Part shown: piece after piece, positions 1 through 13,680 of the stretch | How the letters are laid out: each line of letters opens with the position of its first letter | Numbering within the stretch: the first letter of the stretch is position 1 | Assembly: GCA_951406725.2 (NCBI GenBank) | Contig: OX597824.1 | Span: forward strand, 28,024,001-28,088,000 | Length of the DNA stretch: 64,000 nucleotides | Source: Octopus vulgaris | Taxonomy: Eukaryota | Direction of reading: 5' to 3' | The notes under the pieces: generated by a model | The model's input: the letters and a program-made list of their open reading frames with translations, nothing else | Told to the model about the DNA's origin: nothing | Database searches by the model: none | Translations under genes and position numbers: made by a program

Positions 1-2007
1 AATTCTCTACAGAGACTCGCTCTGCAGCGAAAGGTCTTCCCATATTTGTGTACACACATATGCATATTCACCAGAAGAATGTTAACGAAGACATTGATTT
101 TTAACACAAGTACAACACTAAGCTTGATTAATATTATGCATATAATAGCGTATTTAATCAAAATAAAAACATTACAATAAATGAGAAATAAGCGTCCTTA
201 TATTGTCACTTTAATAAATTGTGTGATATATTGCGATCAGTGGTATGCGACAATAGTTTAAGATATTGCCTTCAGCAACAGGCTGATTTGAAAGTTGTGG
301 TCTTCATTCCTTCCCAGTGGTTCTGTAAAGAAATGAAATTGTTATAAACGAGAATATGATCTGATCTGTAATCTCATTTCACCAGAATTACCCATCGTTC
401 AGCGCGATGCATCAAGAAACTCAACCCCCACCGCATACTCTAGCCTACTCTTTGTGTGTATAACCCTGTACATACAAACAAATATATGAATGTATACATA
501 AATAAGATACGGTTCCGTTTCATGTATGTGAAGTCGTATACAAACATATATATATAAATATATATACTTACGTATGTATGTATGTGTTTGGGTGTGTGTA
601 CATATAGTTGATGTATTTATAAGCTTTTAGTTGCGCAAAAAGAAAAATGGTATGGAATATAAATCAAAAGGAAAAAAAGACTATCAAAATCTCTCAGTAT
701 CGTGTGTATAGACTGACAAGAGGATGTGACGTATGAACAATAGACTTGATGTTGAAATCCATAGCTGGTGCCAAATTGACGTTCATTTTATACTATGATT
801 ATTTTATATTGTAAATGAATAGGTATGGAATTATAGGAGATACACGAAAGCGAATAAATAACCATTTAAGAAGAGAAAGACAAGATGAAATGAACAGGAA
901 AAAAAATGAAAGGGATGAGATATTATATATTTTGTTATTTATCACAGCTCAGTAAACTTGCGTGTGAATTATGTTTAGAAATACATGTCTGTCCATATAT
1001 TATCTATAGAGCTTGTTGCGATATTGTCTTCAATTGTTCAAAGACGACGCCAGTAAGCTAAAAAAGAAAAAAAAAAGAGAGAGATGGATATGTTTTAAAT
1101 AGAAGACAATAAATATGAGAGATCAGTTTATATATCGGAAATGGTTTAATATTTCAACATATTATTAGTTTGAACTAAACGCATTAGTAACTTTTTTTTC
1201 TGATACCTTTTGTTCAAGTATATTTACGATATATTAGAATATTTACATAAAAGATATAGAGATATTGTCCATAAATACAAACACTGTTCGCAACATTTTC
1301 TTTAGTGCTTTCATCGCTATATTTGCATTACATTTGAAACTCCCAATATTTACTTTAAACATTGACTTAGTACCATTACAATCGTATTTTCAATATGGAG
1401 TCGAAAACGAATAGCGCATAATTTATGTATATATGATTAGTCAAAATTTCTCTAGAACATTTTTGAGAGATAAGTAAATCTCTGCGAATGCAACCCATAT
1501 GTCTGAAGAGTGTAATCCGCCTCACTTAAATGGAAGGCAGGTTGCCCAGAGCATATCTATGAAGTGGAATGCAATTTCATGACTAAACATCTCGTTTTTC
1601 TGTTCTAATTCGTGTACAAATATGATAAATTAGCAGTTTTGTAGATTGGACATAGACTATTGATTTCTCAGATATTGGCTCATAAAATATAATGTGGCAG
1701 ATTTAGAATTAGGTCATTCGTAGCGAAATGAGAGGCTCCTAAAACCCTGGGATGGAGAATGGTGAAAAACCAAATGCGCCTATGCCAGTCGTAAGTCAGG
1801 AAGAAGCAGAACGAAGGAACAATCTGGTCCCTGTCAAAATCATGGATGGCTAAACACGCGGCAAAATATGATATACAACGCTCTAAATAGCAGCAGATGC
1901 AGTTTTCTCACACATACAATCTACTTCCGACTTTGTGAAACGAAACATAATTCGCCATGGCGTTATACCAGAAAGTAATATAGAGCCCGTTGATTTCGCC
2001 TTATATC

Positions 2008-2238
2008 TATTTCTTTATTGCCCACAGGGGACTAAACATAGATGGGACAAACAAGGACAGACAAGGGGATTAAGTCGATTATATCGACCCCAGTGCATAA
2101 CTGGTACTTGTTTAATCGACTCAGAAAGGATGAAAGGCTAAGTCGACCTCGGCGGAATTTGAACTCAGAACGTAACGGCAGACGAAACACCGCTAGGCAT
2201 TTCGCCCGGCGTGCTAACGTTTCTGCCAGCTCGCCGCC
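2008..2238 (-). mobile_element. tRNA-derived SINE, family A (Meta/MESC-like central domain), full length
   Basis: Minus strand reads GGCGAGCTGGCAGAAACGTTAG (A-box-like), GAGTTCAAATTCC (B-box), GCCTTTCATCCTTTC..GTCGAT..AAGTACCAG and an A-rich tail. Flanked by direct repeat CGCCTTATATC (1997-2007, 2235-2245). Many similar copies occur in the window. Confidence 0.9.
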
Positions 2239-2308
2239 TTATATCACCATATTTTAACATCGCAAATCACATCATATCAACGAGTTATCTTCGACAAAAC
2301 AACATATT

Positions 2309-2523
2309 CCGTGGTTCTGAACAGGAGTCCATTTGATTTTTGCGGTTAAAATTTGTGCAATAAATTTGGTATTCTTCTACCATATACAAAGTATTTTAAC
2401 ATACAACCCCTGATATTTAAATATAAAAAAAATATAACAGGATTTTTTAAGAAACGAAATGCCTATGAGGATCCACTCGAGTAAAATAGGAATCGAAGGT
2501 TTTAAAATAGTTGAGAACTACGC
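2309..2523. mobile_element. hAT-like MITE (degenerate)
   Basis: Imperfect terminal inverted repeats CCGTGGTTCTGAAC / GTTGAGAACTACG resembling CAGTGGTTCTCAAC-type hAT ends. A related end fragment lies at about 53890-53985. Confidence 0.45.
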
Positions 2524-3280
2524 AGCTAGACTAGAGCAGGACGACATATTTAAAAACAGACTTTTCCTTATACTGTAACAATAATAAATTCATTCTTCAT
2601 ATATTTGTGAGGTAAATTGCAGAGCCCTTCGTATTTCATATACCACATCATTTTATAATGATGTCATACGATGCCAGAAAATATAGGTCTGACTGATATG
2701 CCTCTGAACTGCTATGATTAACAATCAAATTTGCTCCACGATAACAAGCAAAAACTTATGTAACCTAAGACGACGAATTGTCGTTGTTCTGCAACGAGTA
2801 CAAATCTAGAAACCACGGAGGCGACGCTCCATCATCTGCATAAAAATCAGGTCCATAAATTCTCTTAGATTAATAGAATGGATTGATGGCAGAGGAGGTC
2901 AATCGTTGAAAAATATAAGTGAAATTTTACGATCTTGATATTTTGTGAGATTGAGAAAAAAGGGAAAGCATTGTGCTCTCATTTAAGCAAACGTACCAGA
3001 AATAACCCGAATGATTTGTAGTTACAATAAGCATAGGCAAATGAGCTTAGGCTATGAAGAAAAGGGGCGCACTTGCAATGGAGCTACTCCAGCGAATGGG
3101 GAAAAATTTGGATATGACGATTCCTTCGATCGCTCCTGGGTAGTGGTACAGCAATAGTCGGTAATTTTGTATAAATGATTCTCTTGTTAATTGCCTTTTT
3201 TCTTCATTAACATGCATTTATATAAATTAGCTGTAGCCGAAGAAATTCCACAGTTATCTGGAAATTGGTTCTATTATAAT

Positions 3281-3700
3281 TCTTCTTCTTCTTCTTCTTC
3301 TTCTTCTTCTTCTTCTTCTTCTTCTTCTTCTTCTTCTTCTTCTTTTTCTTCTTCTTCTTACCTCCTCCTCCTCTCCTTCTTCTTCTTCTTCTTCTTCTTC
3401 TTCTTTTCTTCTCTTCTTCTTCTTCTTCTTTCTTCTTCTTGTTCTTCTTCTTGTTCTTCTTCTTCTTCTTCTTTCTTTCTTCTTCTTCTTCCTTCTTCTT
3501 CTTCTTCTTTTTCTTCTTGTTCTTCTTCTTCTCCTCCTTCTTTTTCTTCTTCTTGTTCTTCTTGTTCTTGTTCTTGTTCTTGTTCTTCTTCTTTCTTCTT
3601 CTTCTTGTTCTTCTTCTTTCTTCTTCTTCTTTCTTCTTCTTCTTTCTTCTTCTTCTTCTACTTCTTCTTCTTCTTCTTCTTCTTATTATTATTATTATTA
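3281..3700. repeat. (TTC)n microsatellite followed by (TTA)n
   Basis: Directly visible; explains ORFs 3191..3889 and 3439..3705. Confidence 0.95.
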
Positions 3701-4228
3701 TGTGAAACAGCAGCGCATGCCATCAAAGTGACATGGGGTACAAATAAATATACGAAGCCCAATATACCCATTATGACTACTCCGCTTATAAGGGTACACC
3801 AGACACATGCATCACAAGCATATGTGCGTGACATGGTGATCTCATTTCAAGATAAACAGCGCATGGCGTTGCAGGTACGGCTCAGTTAGAATTTTCTTGA
3901 AGTTGAGTAGCCCATCTCACCAAAAGACCCTTGAGTATAGTTGTTTAAGGATCATAAACGAAACACCCATGTTTCCAGCGCCAAATGACTCAAACCTCAA
4001 AGAATTCCTCTCAACATATGGTTATGATGCTACTCAACGACTGCTGCTAGTGATCAGAGATGCACATAGCATCAGCCACCAAGGCTGCTTATGGTCAAAC
4101 AACGGACAAGCAATTCCGTGGTACTGAGCAGAATATTTGCTGTAGCCCATCTATTACACCAAGACAAAACATGTACAAGGTAGCAATCAGTTAAGATCAA
4201 AAGCGATGAGAGCCATTAGGCACATGCA
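3683..4228 (-). mobile_element. Interspersed retroposon fragment with (TAA)n tail, family D (LINE 3' region or SINE)
   Basis: 3702-3915 is the reverse complement of 49808-50030; both copies end in (TAA)n at the same end. Confidence 0.65.
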
Positions 4229-4254
4229 TTATTATTATTATTATTATTGTTGTT

Positions 4255-5065
4255 AAACTGGCGAGCTGGGAACATCTGTCTTTACGCTGAATTTGCCTTT
4301 CGTTCTTTCGGGGTCGATGTATGATCACCAGACGAGTAATGGTGTCGAAGTAAGCGATTTACACCTTCCCTGAAATTGCTGGCATTGTGCCAAAAGTTGA
4401 AACCATTAAAAATTATTGTTCTCGTTTTTGTTATTGGCAGAAACTTTAACACACCGGGCTTAAATGCTTAGCCGTATTTAGTCTGTCATTACGTTCTGAG
4501 TTCAAATTCCGCCCAGGTCGACTTTGCCTTTCATCCCTTTGGGGTCGATAAATTAAGTACCAGTTGCGTAGTGGAATCGAGCTGGACCCTTCCCCCAAAT
4601 TTCGGGCCTTGTACCGAGAATAGAAAAGTATCATTTGTACACGTGATAATATGCTTAGCGGCATTTTATTTGTCATTACGTTCAGAGTTCAAATGCCGCC
4701 GGGGTGAATTTCGGGAGGTAAAATAAGTATCTATTTCTTTACTACCCACAAGGGGCTAAACACAGAGAGGAAAAACAAGGAAAGACAAACGGATTAAGTC
4801 GATTATATCGACCCCAGTGCGTAACTGGTACTTATTTAATCGACCCCGAAAGGATGAAAGGCAAAGTCGAATTCGGCGGAATTTGAACTCAGAACGTAAC
4901 GGCTGATGAAATGCCGCGAAGCATTTCGCCCGGCGCGCTAACGTTTCTGCCAGCTCGCCGCCTCTCTGCCGTTTCTGCCAGCTCGCCGAGGTAAAATAAG
5001 TACCAATCGACATCTGGGGTTGATTTCATCGACTATCGCCTCCAACCCGATTTTCAGACCTTGTG
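4255..5065 (+). mobile_element. Cluster of degenerate SINE A copies; the last is interrupted by a younger copy
   Basis: Copies at about 4255-4410, 4435-4630 and 4640-4729 continuing at 4988-5065, recognised by GAGTTCAAAT, GGGGTCGAT and AAGTACC motifs. Confidence 0.75.
4730..4987 (-). mobile_element. SINE A, full length, nested in an older SINE A
   Basis: Close match to 2008-2238. 15-bp TSD GAGGTAAAATAAGTA at 4715-4729 and 4988-5002. The 5' end GTTTCTGCCAGCTCGCCG is duplicated. Confidence 0.9.
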
Positions 5066-5824
5066 ATAACTATTGTTATACAGGTCATATTGTATTCATT
5101 TTTATTTGTTATTTCTGTTCTGGTGCTTGTTTATTAGCATTATCATAGTTAACCTAGTTGAATTTTATGTGGCAGTAAATAATATTGTCTTTCGATCGCT
5201 TCATCAATACTTTTCGCAATTTTATAATAAATATACAGAAACGGCATAGGAAATAATTGTTGTTTTGATTTTTATAGAAGTAGCAGTAGTAACAGCAGTA
5301 AAATTTTAATAAAGATATCATGAACTATTTTTCACTATTGTTCCCATTGATGATCTCCATTACCAATGTTATTATAATATCAATAAGTCGTCGTAAAAAT
5401 GATTTCTCTGTTATTTAAACATAAGACAAAACAAAGAGAAAAATAGAGCGAAATACTTCATGCTTAATGTTCTCGTAATAATGTTTGTTATTACCATTTT
5501 TGAATATTGCTTTTGTTCTTGTTGTTGTAAGCTATTCTTCTGGAGATATTTGTATTGTGGTTCCTGTATATATATATATTTTTTTTTGCATCTTGTAAAT
5601 TTTCATTCTATAATCGCATTTGTATATTTGAAGAAGTCTGTTATATGTTATTGCTGATATTATGCATGTGTGCATGTGTGTGTGTGTGTGTGTTTGTGTG
5701 CATGTTCGTTACCCCTTTATTTGTTTCTGGCAGAAGTTAATTGTTGAATTCACTGATTTTTTCATCTATATATATTTTGCGAAGTATTATATTTGTTTGC
5801 TTTCGAATTTGATTTGTGTTCCCG

Positions 5825-5884
<60 letters not shown>

Positions 5885-5901
5885 ATATATATATATATAT
5901 G

Positions 5902-5948
<47 letters not shown>

Positions 5949-5958
5949 GTATGTATAA

Positions 5959-6000
<42 letters not shown>

Positions 6001-6129
6001 TATATACATATATATATATATATATGTATATATATGTACATATATATATATACATGTATATATACATATATACATATACATATATTATAGATATATAAAG
6101 AGATTGAGAAAGAAAGAGACGTGCATATA

Positions 6130-6194
<65 letters not shown>

Positions 6195-6956
6195 CTACGT
6201 ATGTACATGCATATGTTCATTACTAAATACGTATAGATAAAATCGCACACGCACATATATGTGTGTATGCTTGTACGTGTGTGTGTATGTGTGTGTGTGT
6301 GTTTGTGTGTTTTTGTGTATTTGTATGTGTTTGTGTGTTTGTGTGTGTGTGTATTTACTTCTTAATATTCTTTATATCGTATTTATATCCAATAGAAGAA
6401 ACAAAAATGGAAGAAACATTTTTCACTTCATGTGAAATCAATAAATTATAAACTTTCTTTACTTATAAACAATAGGCATTTTTTAACAGATTTTTACATA
6501 CAATGGGAGCAACTAGAAAATAAGTTGTTTATATCGGAAAACAAATATAACACAAAAGCAAGGGAAGGTTAGGATTGCAAATTCAATGAGAAACGAATAT
6601 GGAACATAAACCAAAAAGAAATAAAGATAAGAAAAAAAACAATACAGATACAAATATGGCAATATTTTGAAATTAAAATGAAGGAAAAATAGGAAAAAGT
6701 TTAAACTTATGACTAACAAAATGGGGAAAAAATGTTGATTTTTAGATTATAAATACGAAACTAAATATTGTGTGATCTTTCTTTTTGGTAAAATGCAAAT
6801 TCACACAAATATACATACATATAAAAGTCTTTATTTATCTGCACACAGGTACAAAGTAATACCTTAACGCACTCGTATATATATATACATATGTACGTAC
6901 AGACACAGACAGATATAAATACGCGCACGCACACACTTACACATACATACATAACG

Positions 6957-7003
<47 letters not shown>

Positions 7004-7081
7004 CCATATCTATATATGTATATGGGTATATATATCCACACATATGTATATAAATATGTATCTATATCAATATATATTTGC

Positions 7082-7123
<42 letters not shown>

Positions 7124-7192
7124 AACACAGATATATATGTATATATATATACATATATATACACACACACATATATATATATAAATATACGG

Positions 7193-7223
<31 letters not shown>

Positions 7224-7262
7224 CATAAACATATGATTTATAATATATATATCTATATATGC

Positions 7263-7296
<34 letters not shown>

Positions 7297-7627
7297 GTGT
7301 GTGTGTGTATGTATAATTACTTATATTAAAAATTGCAAATCCGTTTATGATTCAGCGTATTAACATATATCTATATGCGCAAACAGATTTACATATTATA
7401 TACATAGACATTAAATAATGTACACACAACATAAACTCTTATGTATATATACACCCAAATATTTTCGATATGAAAAAATAGACGTCGTTCTCATTTTCCA
7501 CTGCAAACTCATATTTTATATCGACTGTTTATCTAACATTTAGGATATTATTGTAAGTTTTGGAATGAAGAATATATTCAAAAGTCAATAAAAACGTCAA
7601 GCAGAAGCATACGTCTAATATATATAT

Positions 7628-7699
<72 letters not shown>

Positions 7700-7890
7700 A
7701 TACATCAAAATCTATAAGTGTATACGTAGATATATAAATAAATACATGGATAAACATGTAGCATCTATATACGCATATGAACAAAAATATAATTTTATAT
7801 GTACATATGTGTGTTTTTAGTTGGAAGCTAGAACTTGAGTTCAAGTTGATAAAGTTTTTACTACGGCGGCGCTCCTTCTTTGGCATAATG

Positions 7891-7938
<48 letters not shown>

Positions 7939-8037
7939 TGTGTGTGTGTTTGTGTGTATATGTATATATATATATAAATGACCGAAACCGGTACTGAAAT
8001 GTTCACTATAAAATTATTTTAGCATTTTCTATTCTGA

Positions 8038-8077
<40 letters not shown>

Positions 8078-8929
8078 AGCATACATGCATACATGTATGC
8101 ATGCGTACATATTTGCGTACTTGTGGGTGTTTTGAGTGTCTGTCAGTCTGACCGGTTGTTAATGTCGATATCCTTGTCGACCTTTCCATTAACCGTATTA
8201 GTTTGTTTGTTTTTAAGTTTCCTTATCTACTAAATTACTGCACCGTATTAAAGTTTGTGAAACAAAACATCTAAAACAGCGAGTTTGCAATCCGAGACTA
8301 TAGACACACCAAAGCTAAAATAATCACTGACAAAATATGAATAGACGCTCATTTTTTCTTCTTTGTATAAAATCTAATTCGTACGTCGAGATATGAGTTT
8401 AAAATACTTGCATGCCATACTAATAATTACATGTTTTAAAAGTATCACCATATGCATACATATAGCTACACATACTAACCGGCACACGTGTGTATATATA
8501 CGTTCACACGCGTGTAAAACAATTGTAATGATGTCTATTTATTTTCTATATTTAAATCTAACAGTCGAAGTCTCTATTGAATTAATCTATAAACCTCCAT
8601 GAGCTATATCTACTACCTTTAAGCTAGCATAATTCATTGACAATTTAAGTGTCTGAAGGAAAGGACACATCGGTAGATACGTGTATGTGGCTAATCAGCA
8701 TGTCACTTGTACTGCCTTCTCTCCGATGGAACAGATTATTTAAGAGGTATACAATAAAGCAAAGAACTCATTTGTGGCTTTGTTAAATTGTATAAAGGAA
8801 ATATAATGAGCAAAGTGGACAGTGTAGTGTATTTGAACAACACAAGACTACAGTTCAATATTTAAGAGATGAGGAATTATGTACATTATTTACAGTTGGC
8901 GGATATTCGTCCTCATCTTGTTTGTTGTC

Positions 8930-8975
8930 AACACAACGTTTCGGCTGATATACCCTCCAGCCGTCATCAGGTGTC
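8930..8975 (-). ncRNA. Minimal type-I hammerhead ribozyme motif
   Basis: Minus strand: GACAC-CUGAUGA-C-GGCUG-loop-CAGCC-GAAAC-GUU-GUGUU. Stem I GACAC/GUGUU, stem II GGCUG/CAGCC, palindromic helix III (ACGU), GUU site. Confidence 0.75.
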
Positions 8976-9033
8976 TTGGAGAAATTTCGAACCTGGGTCC
9001 TCATTCCTAAGGTATCTTTCGATGTTGTTGTTG

Positions 9034-9161
<128 letters not shown>

Positions 9162-9256
9162 TTCACTGTTTGGAATCGAACTCGGGCATGTGGCGTAGTG
9201 GTTAAGAGCGCGGGTTACTAATCCCAAGATTCCGAGTTAGATTCCAGGCAGTGACG

Positions 9257-9320
<64 letters not shown>

Positions 9321-9453
9321 CAACAACAACAACAACAACAACAATAACAATATTAATAATAATAATAATGATGATGATGATGATAATAATAAAAACAAGA
9401 ACAACATCGAAAAATACCCTAGGAATGAGAACCCAGGTTCATAATTTCTCCAA

Positions 9454-9499
9454 CACACCAGATGAAGACTGGAGGGTATATCAGCCGAAACGTAGTGTT
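9454..9499 (+). ncRNA. Hammerhead motif with mutated core (CAGAUGA)
   Basis: ACAC-CAGATGA-A-GACTG-loop-CAGCC-GAAAC-GTA-GTGT; the inverted sister of 8930-8975. Confidence 0.6.
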
Positions 9500-9879
9500 A
9501 ACAAACAAGATGAGGACACATATCCGTCAAATGTAAATAATGTAAATAATGAACAGAAGACTTAAACTATATATAAGAAGCCTTTTGGTACCGTGGAAAT
9601 TCATCCGTTTCCTGGACAAATTGAACGTATTGCTGAATGCAGATCTTGATCAAGCAATGCGCATTGGGGGGATTTGAACGTCGACCCTCCAGAGGTCATC
9701 AGTAGCGCTAAGATGATCGTGTTTAAGTAGCCACACGGATTAGAGCAACGTTTATGTAGAAGTTGATCTGTAATACTAGATGTGATATAGACATAATTGC
9801 CACTCAGTTTTACATTGAAGAAGGGAAAAGTAACTGCAGAAATTATAAAAATTGTTGTTGTTTGGAGACCAAGGCAGCG

Positions 9880-10090
9880 ACCTGGCAGCATCGTTAGGAC
9901 GGTGGGCAAAATGCTTAGCATTATTTCTTCCAGCATTACGTTTTGAGTTCAAATTCCGCCGAGGTTGAGTTTGCCATTCATCGTTTAGTCGTCGATGAAT
10001 TAAATATCAGTGAATTACTGGTGTGAATGTAATCGACTATTCCCTTGCCCAAAATTCCAGACCCTGTGCCTTTAGTAGAAAAGATTATCC
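9880..10090 (+). mobile_element. SINE A, degenerate
   Basis: CTGGCAGCATCGTTAG head, GAGTTCAAATTCCGCCGAGGT, then a decayed central domain. Confidence 0.75.
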
Positions 10091-10706
10091 TTGTTCCCGT
10101 AACACCGATAAAACTGTGAAAATAGTCAACATTAATATAAATTAATCTTACTGATTTTATATTAAAAAGCTTTACAACTACAACGTACATGATTTTATCC
10201 CCACGGCACTGAAAGAGAAATTCTGAGATCAAAGACGGCCACCCGAAATTTCTTACTTTAATCTCCTCGGAAGCTTTCAACCTTGAGATTACTGGCAGCC
10301 TGTTCCAATCCTCTCCAGTTATTTTGTAACCCGAAGCTCTTCAGCATAGTTCAATCATTTCACAGGGATATATATATCATAATTTGATACATTTTCTCGA
10401 ACGCTTTCGATATACGCAATTGTGTGCAGAAGAAATACGAGCTTGGTATCACAAACGTCGGCATCATTTTTCTTAATTATCCTAAAGTAACTCGTTGGAC
10501 GATCCGTCAATTATGTTGAACTTCATAACTCATTGATCGAAGACTGTTTATTCTGCCCCAGCCGAAGTTGAAAATGCAGGTATGTGGAGAACTCTTCAGA
10601 AACATGTTACTTGCAAAAATGTCAGATTTCGGGAAAATATTCTGCGGAGTAAATTTTAAGACATTAAGAATAATATCTAGAAATAGACACTTTACTTTAT
10701 CTTTAA

Positions 10707-11072
10707 CTAGCTATCACCCGGCGTTTCTCGAGTTTGTTTCGACCCTTTAGAATTAGAATTTTTGAAAAGTAAAAATTTTGCATTATGTAGCTTGTCATTC
10801 TCTTTGAGTGAAAATTTATTTGGTTGAAATACACCAAAAATGGCGACACAGCAGTCAAAAAATCGTAAAAAATAGGAATTTTCATAGAAAAAAAAGCACC
10901 TTTTTATGTAAATAATTTTAGGTCTTAACATAATCCGATTTGAAGCAAGGCTTCTTCTATCATACTCTCAATTTTGGTCAACTTCCGCTGCAAGGTCTCG
11001 GAGGAGATAGTATTAGTTGAAGGCTACCAAACCTGCCATACACAGACAACTTCAGCTTTATATATAGAGAGA
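10707..11072 (-). mobile_element. Non-autonomous Helitron
   Basis: Minus strand starts A|TCTCTCTATATATAAAG and ends with hairpin CTCGAGAAACGCCGGG then CTAG|T. Inserted in an AT dinucleotide with no TSD. Termini resemble those of 24597-24982. Confidence 0.75.
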
Positions 11073-11722
11073 TGAATGGATTGAACATCATGCAATCGTA
11101 GCGTCAGAACGTCTGAGCTCCGATTACTTCAGACGTCACAACATGATGTTAAACCACTTTCTAGATACTAATATCATGAAGCGGAACGGAAGAACAGCAT
11201 CTGAACACCTTATGTTGAAAGAAACAAGCTGGATAAATATCAGACCAACAACCTACTCCGAGGTAAAGATTAGGAGTCTTGATTTCCCAGCAGACTGCTT
11301 TTCATCAGCGACACATAGAGTTTTCACTATAACATTATCTCATGAGCATATTGTGGACATAAGTTTGACCGATTTCCCTAAATGAACTCTTCTCCCACCC
11401 CGTGTCCTTACACCTAGTCTCCTCTTCTGAATGTGCACCAGATAGGAGAATCCTGAATGAACGATATGTGGTGAGATAGATACCAGCGAAAGAGGTCAAT
11501 GGCGACTCTATATCAATTCTAAAGACGGTTTCAATATAGACATACTGGCACAAAGCTTGAACTTGGAAATATGGCATGTCATTTCAATCAATTACGTTCA
11601 CTGGTGGATTAAAAACTGGTGGACGTTTAACAAGTGTACGAGGCACTGATAATTACTGGATTTGAAGATAATACTCGTCAGGAAAATACTGCCCAAGAAA
11701 CACAGATACTGCCACACGTACC

Positions 11723-11957
11723 TATTTCTTTATTACCCACAAGGGGCTAAACACAGAGGGGACAAACAAGGACAGACATAGGTATTAAGTCGATTACATC
11801 GACCCCAGTGCGTAACTGGTACTTAAATTTATCGACCCCGAAAGGATGAAAGGCAAAGTCGACCTCGGCGGAATTTGAACTCACAACGTAACGCAGACGA
11901 AATACCGCTAAGCATTTCGCCCGGCGTGCTAACGTTTCTGCCAGCTCACCGCCTTAT
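11723..11957 (-). mobile_element. SINE A, full length
   Basis: Near-consensus copy with a perfect 16-bp TSD TACTGCCACACGTACC at 11707-11722 and 11958-11973. Confidence 0.92.
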
Positions 11958-12289
11958 TACTGCCACACGTACCACGAGTGAGTGTCTTTTGTCACGGCAG
12001 TTACGCGCAAAATGTGCTCAATGTGTTATGACCTTCCGGGGTGCCGATGTACCATGCTGCACCACTAACAGTGGCCATCTTATACATGAACACACACACG
12101 TTTGCACGTAGTTGCATGTGTGGGTTTTGGGTTGTGTTAGTGCATATGTATGTGTGTATGTGTGTATGTGTGTGTGTGAGTGCTTGTGCGTGTTTCGATA
12201 TAAAAATTTGTGTGTATGTGTGTTATTTCATGAAATATTTCAAAGAATACGGTAAGAATTCATGTACAAAAGATTCTTAAACATGCACT

Positions 12290-12835
12290 CGTGTGGTAAC
12301 AGGTTTGGGTTCGCTACGACTTGGTTCCAGGTTCAGTCCCACTGCGTAGCACCTTGATCAAATGGCTTCGGGCCGGCGAAAGCCTTATGAGTGGATTTGA
12401 TAGGCTGAACCTGAAAACAGCCTGTCATATATATATATATATATAGTGGAAGTGGAAGCACTCCGTCGGTTACGACGATGAGGGTTCTGGTCGATCTGAA
12501 TCAACGGAACAGCCGGCTCGTGAAATCAACGTGTAAGTGGCTGAGCACTCCACAGACACGTGTACCCTTAATGTAGTTCTCGGGGATATTCAGCGTGACA
12601 CAGAGAGTGACAAGGCCGGCCCTTTGAAATACAGGTACAACAGAAACAGGAAGTAAGAGTGAGAGAAAGTTGTGGTGAAAGAGTACAGCAGGGATCACCA
12701 CCATCCCCTGCCGGAGCCTCGTGGAGCTTTTAGGTGTTTTCGCTCAATAAACACTCACAACGCCCGGTCTGGGAATCGAAACCGCGATCCTATGACCGCG
12801 AGTCCGCTGCTCTAACCACTGGGCCATTGCGCCTC

Positions 12836-12917
<82 letters not shown>

Positions 12918-13112
12918 TATAACCATATGTATATATGTATATTTATGTATATGTGAATGTGTGCCAGTGTCTGGATTTGTCTACCACCACCGCTTGACAA
13001 CCAATGTTCTTTTGCTTCGGTCACCGTAATTTCGTAGTTAGACAAAACATTTCTTTAGAATAAGTAGGGGATTTTTTAAAAAAATAGAGCACATGGGTGG
13101 ATTCGTTCGACT
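12290..13112 (+). mobile_element. SINE family B (tRNA head, CORE-like segment, internal TA/TG microsatellite), interrupted by SINE C
   Basis: GGTTCAGTCCCACTGCGT..CACCTTG..GAGTGGATTTG in the 5' half and CGCTTGACAACC..AGAATAAGTA in the 3' half, collinear with 54565-54950. Confidence 0.75.
12446..12836 (-). mobile_element. SINE family C1 (tRNA-derived) inserted in a (TA)n tract
   Basis: Head GGAGGCGCAATGGCCCAGTGGTTAGAGC..GGTTTCGATTCC. The 3' ~190 nt are shared with 41963-42148. Tail is (CTTCCA)2. Confidence 0.85.
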
Positions 13113-13119
13113 ACAACAT

Positions 13120-13224
13120 CTTCAAGAAGAAAAAGAAAAAAGAAAAACAAGAGGAGAAGAAGAAGAAGAAGAAGAAGAAGAAGAAGAAGAAGAAGAAGAA
13201 GAAGAAGAAGAAGAAGAAGAAGAA

Positions 13225-13256
<32 letters not shown>

Positions 13257-13680
13257 AGAAAGTGGTTGAAATGAAAATGATGATGATGATGTCGATGATT
13301 ATGAAGAAGGAAGATATGATGAAGAAATTGAAGTAAAACTGATGATGTGAAGAAAACATGAAGAGGAAAAGCAATAATGGCAATTTTGAATTCGAAGGCA
13401 ATGTCAACAACAATAACAAGAAGAAGAAGAAGAAGAAGAAGAAGAAGAAGAAGAAGAAGAAGAAGACCACCACCACCATCATCATCACTAAAACGATCAT
13501 CATGATCATCATCATGATCATCATCATTATCAACAACAACAACAACAGCAAAAACAATAACAATGCTAATGAAAGCGTTAATAAAAACATTATCATTAGG
13601 AATAACAACAACAAAAACAACGAAAGTATTTACAACCCGCATGAAGAAGAAGAACAACAACAACAAAAACGAGATAAATA
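13120..13680. repeat. Compound (AAG)n/(ATG)n/(AAC)n low-complexity tract
   Basis: Directly visible. Confidence 0.9.

Noticed and set aside
1935-2257. Recurrent peptides such as NWYLIYRPRKDERQSRPRRNLNSERN in several ORFs
   Set aside because: Translation of non-coding SINE A copies, not a gene family.
9184-9255. Functional tRNA gene
   Set aside because: No acceptor-stem pairing and a mutated B-box; it is better explained as a SINE head. The same applies to the heads at 12836, 41833 and 53832.
11090-11650. Possible decayed LINE RT fragment
   Set aside because: Only vague motif similarity; needs BLASTX.
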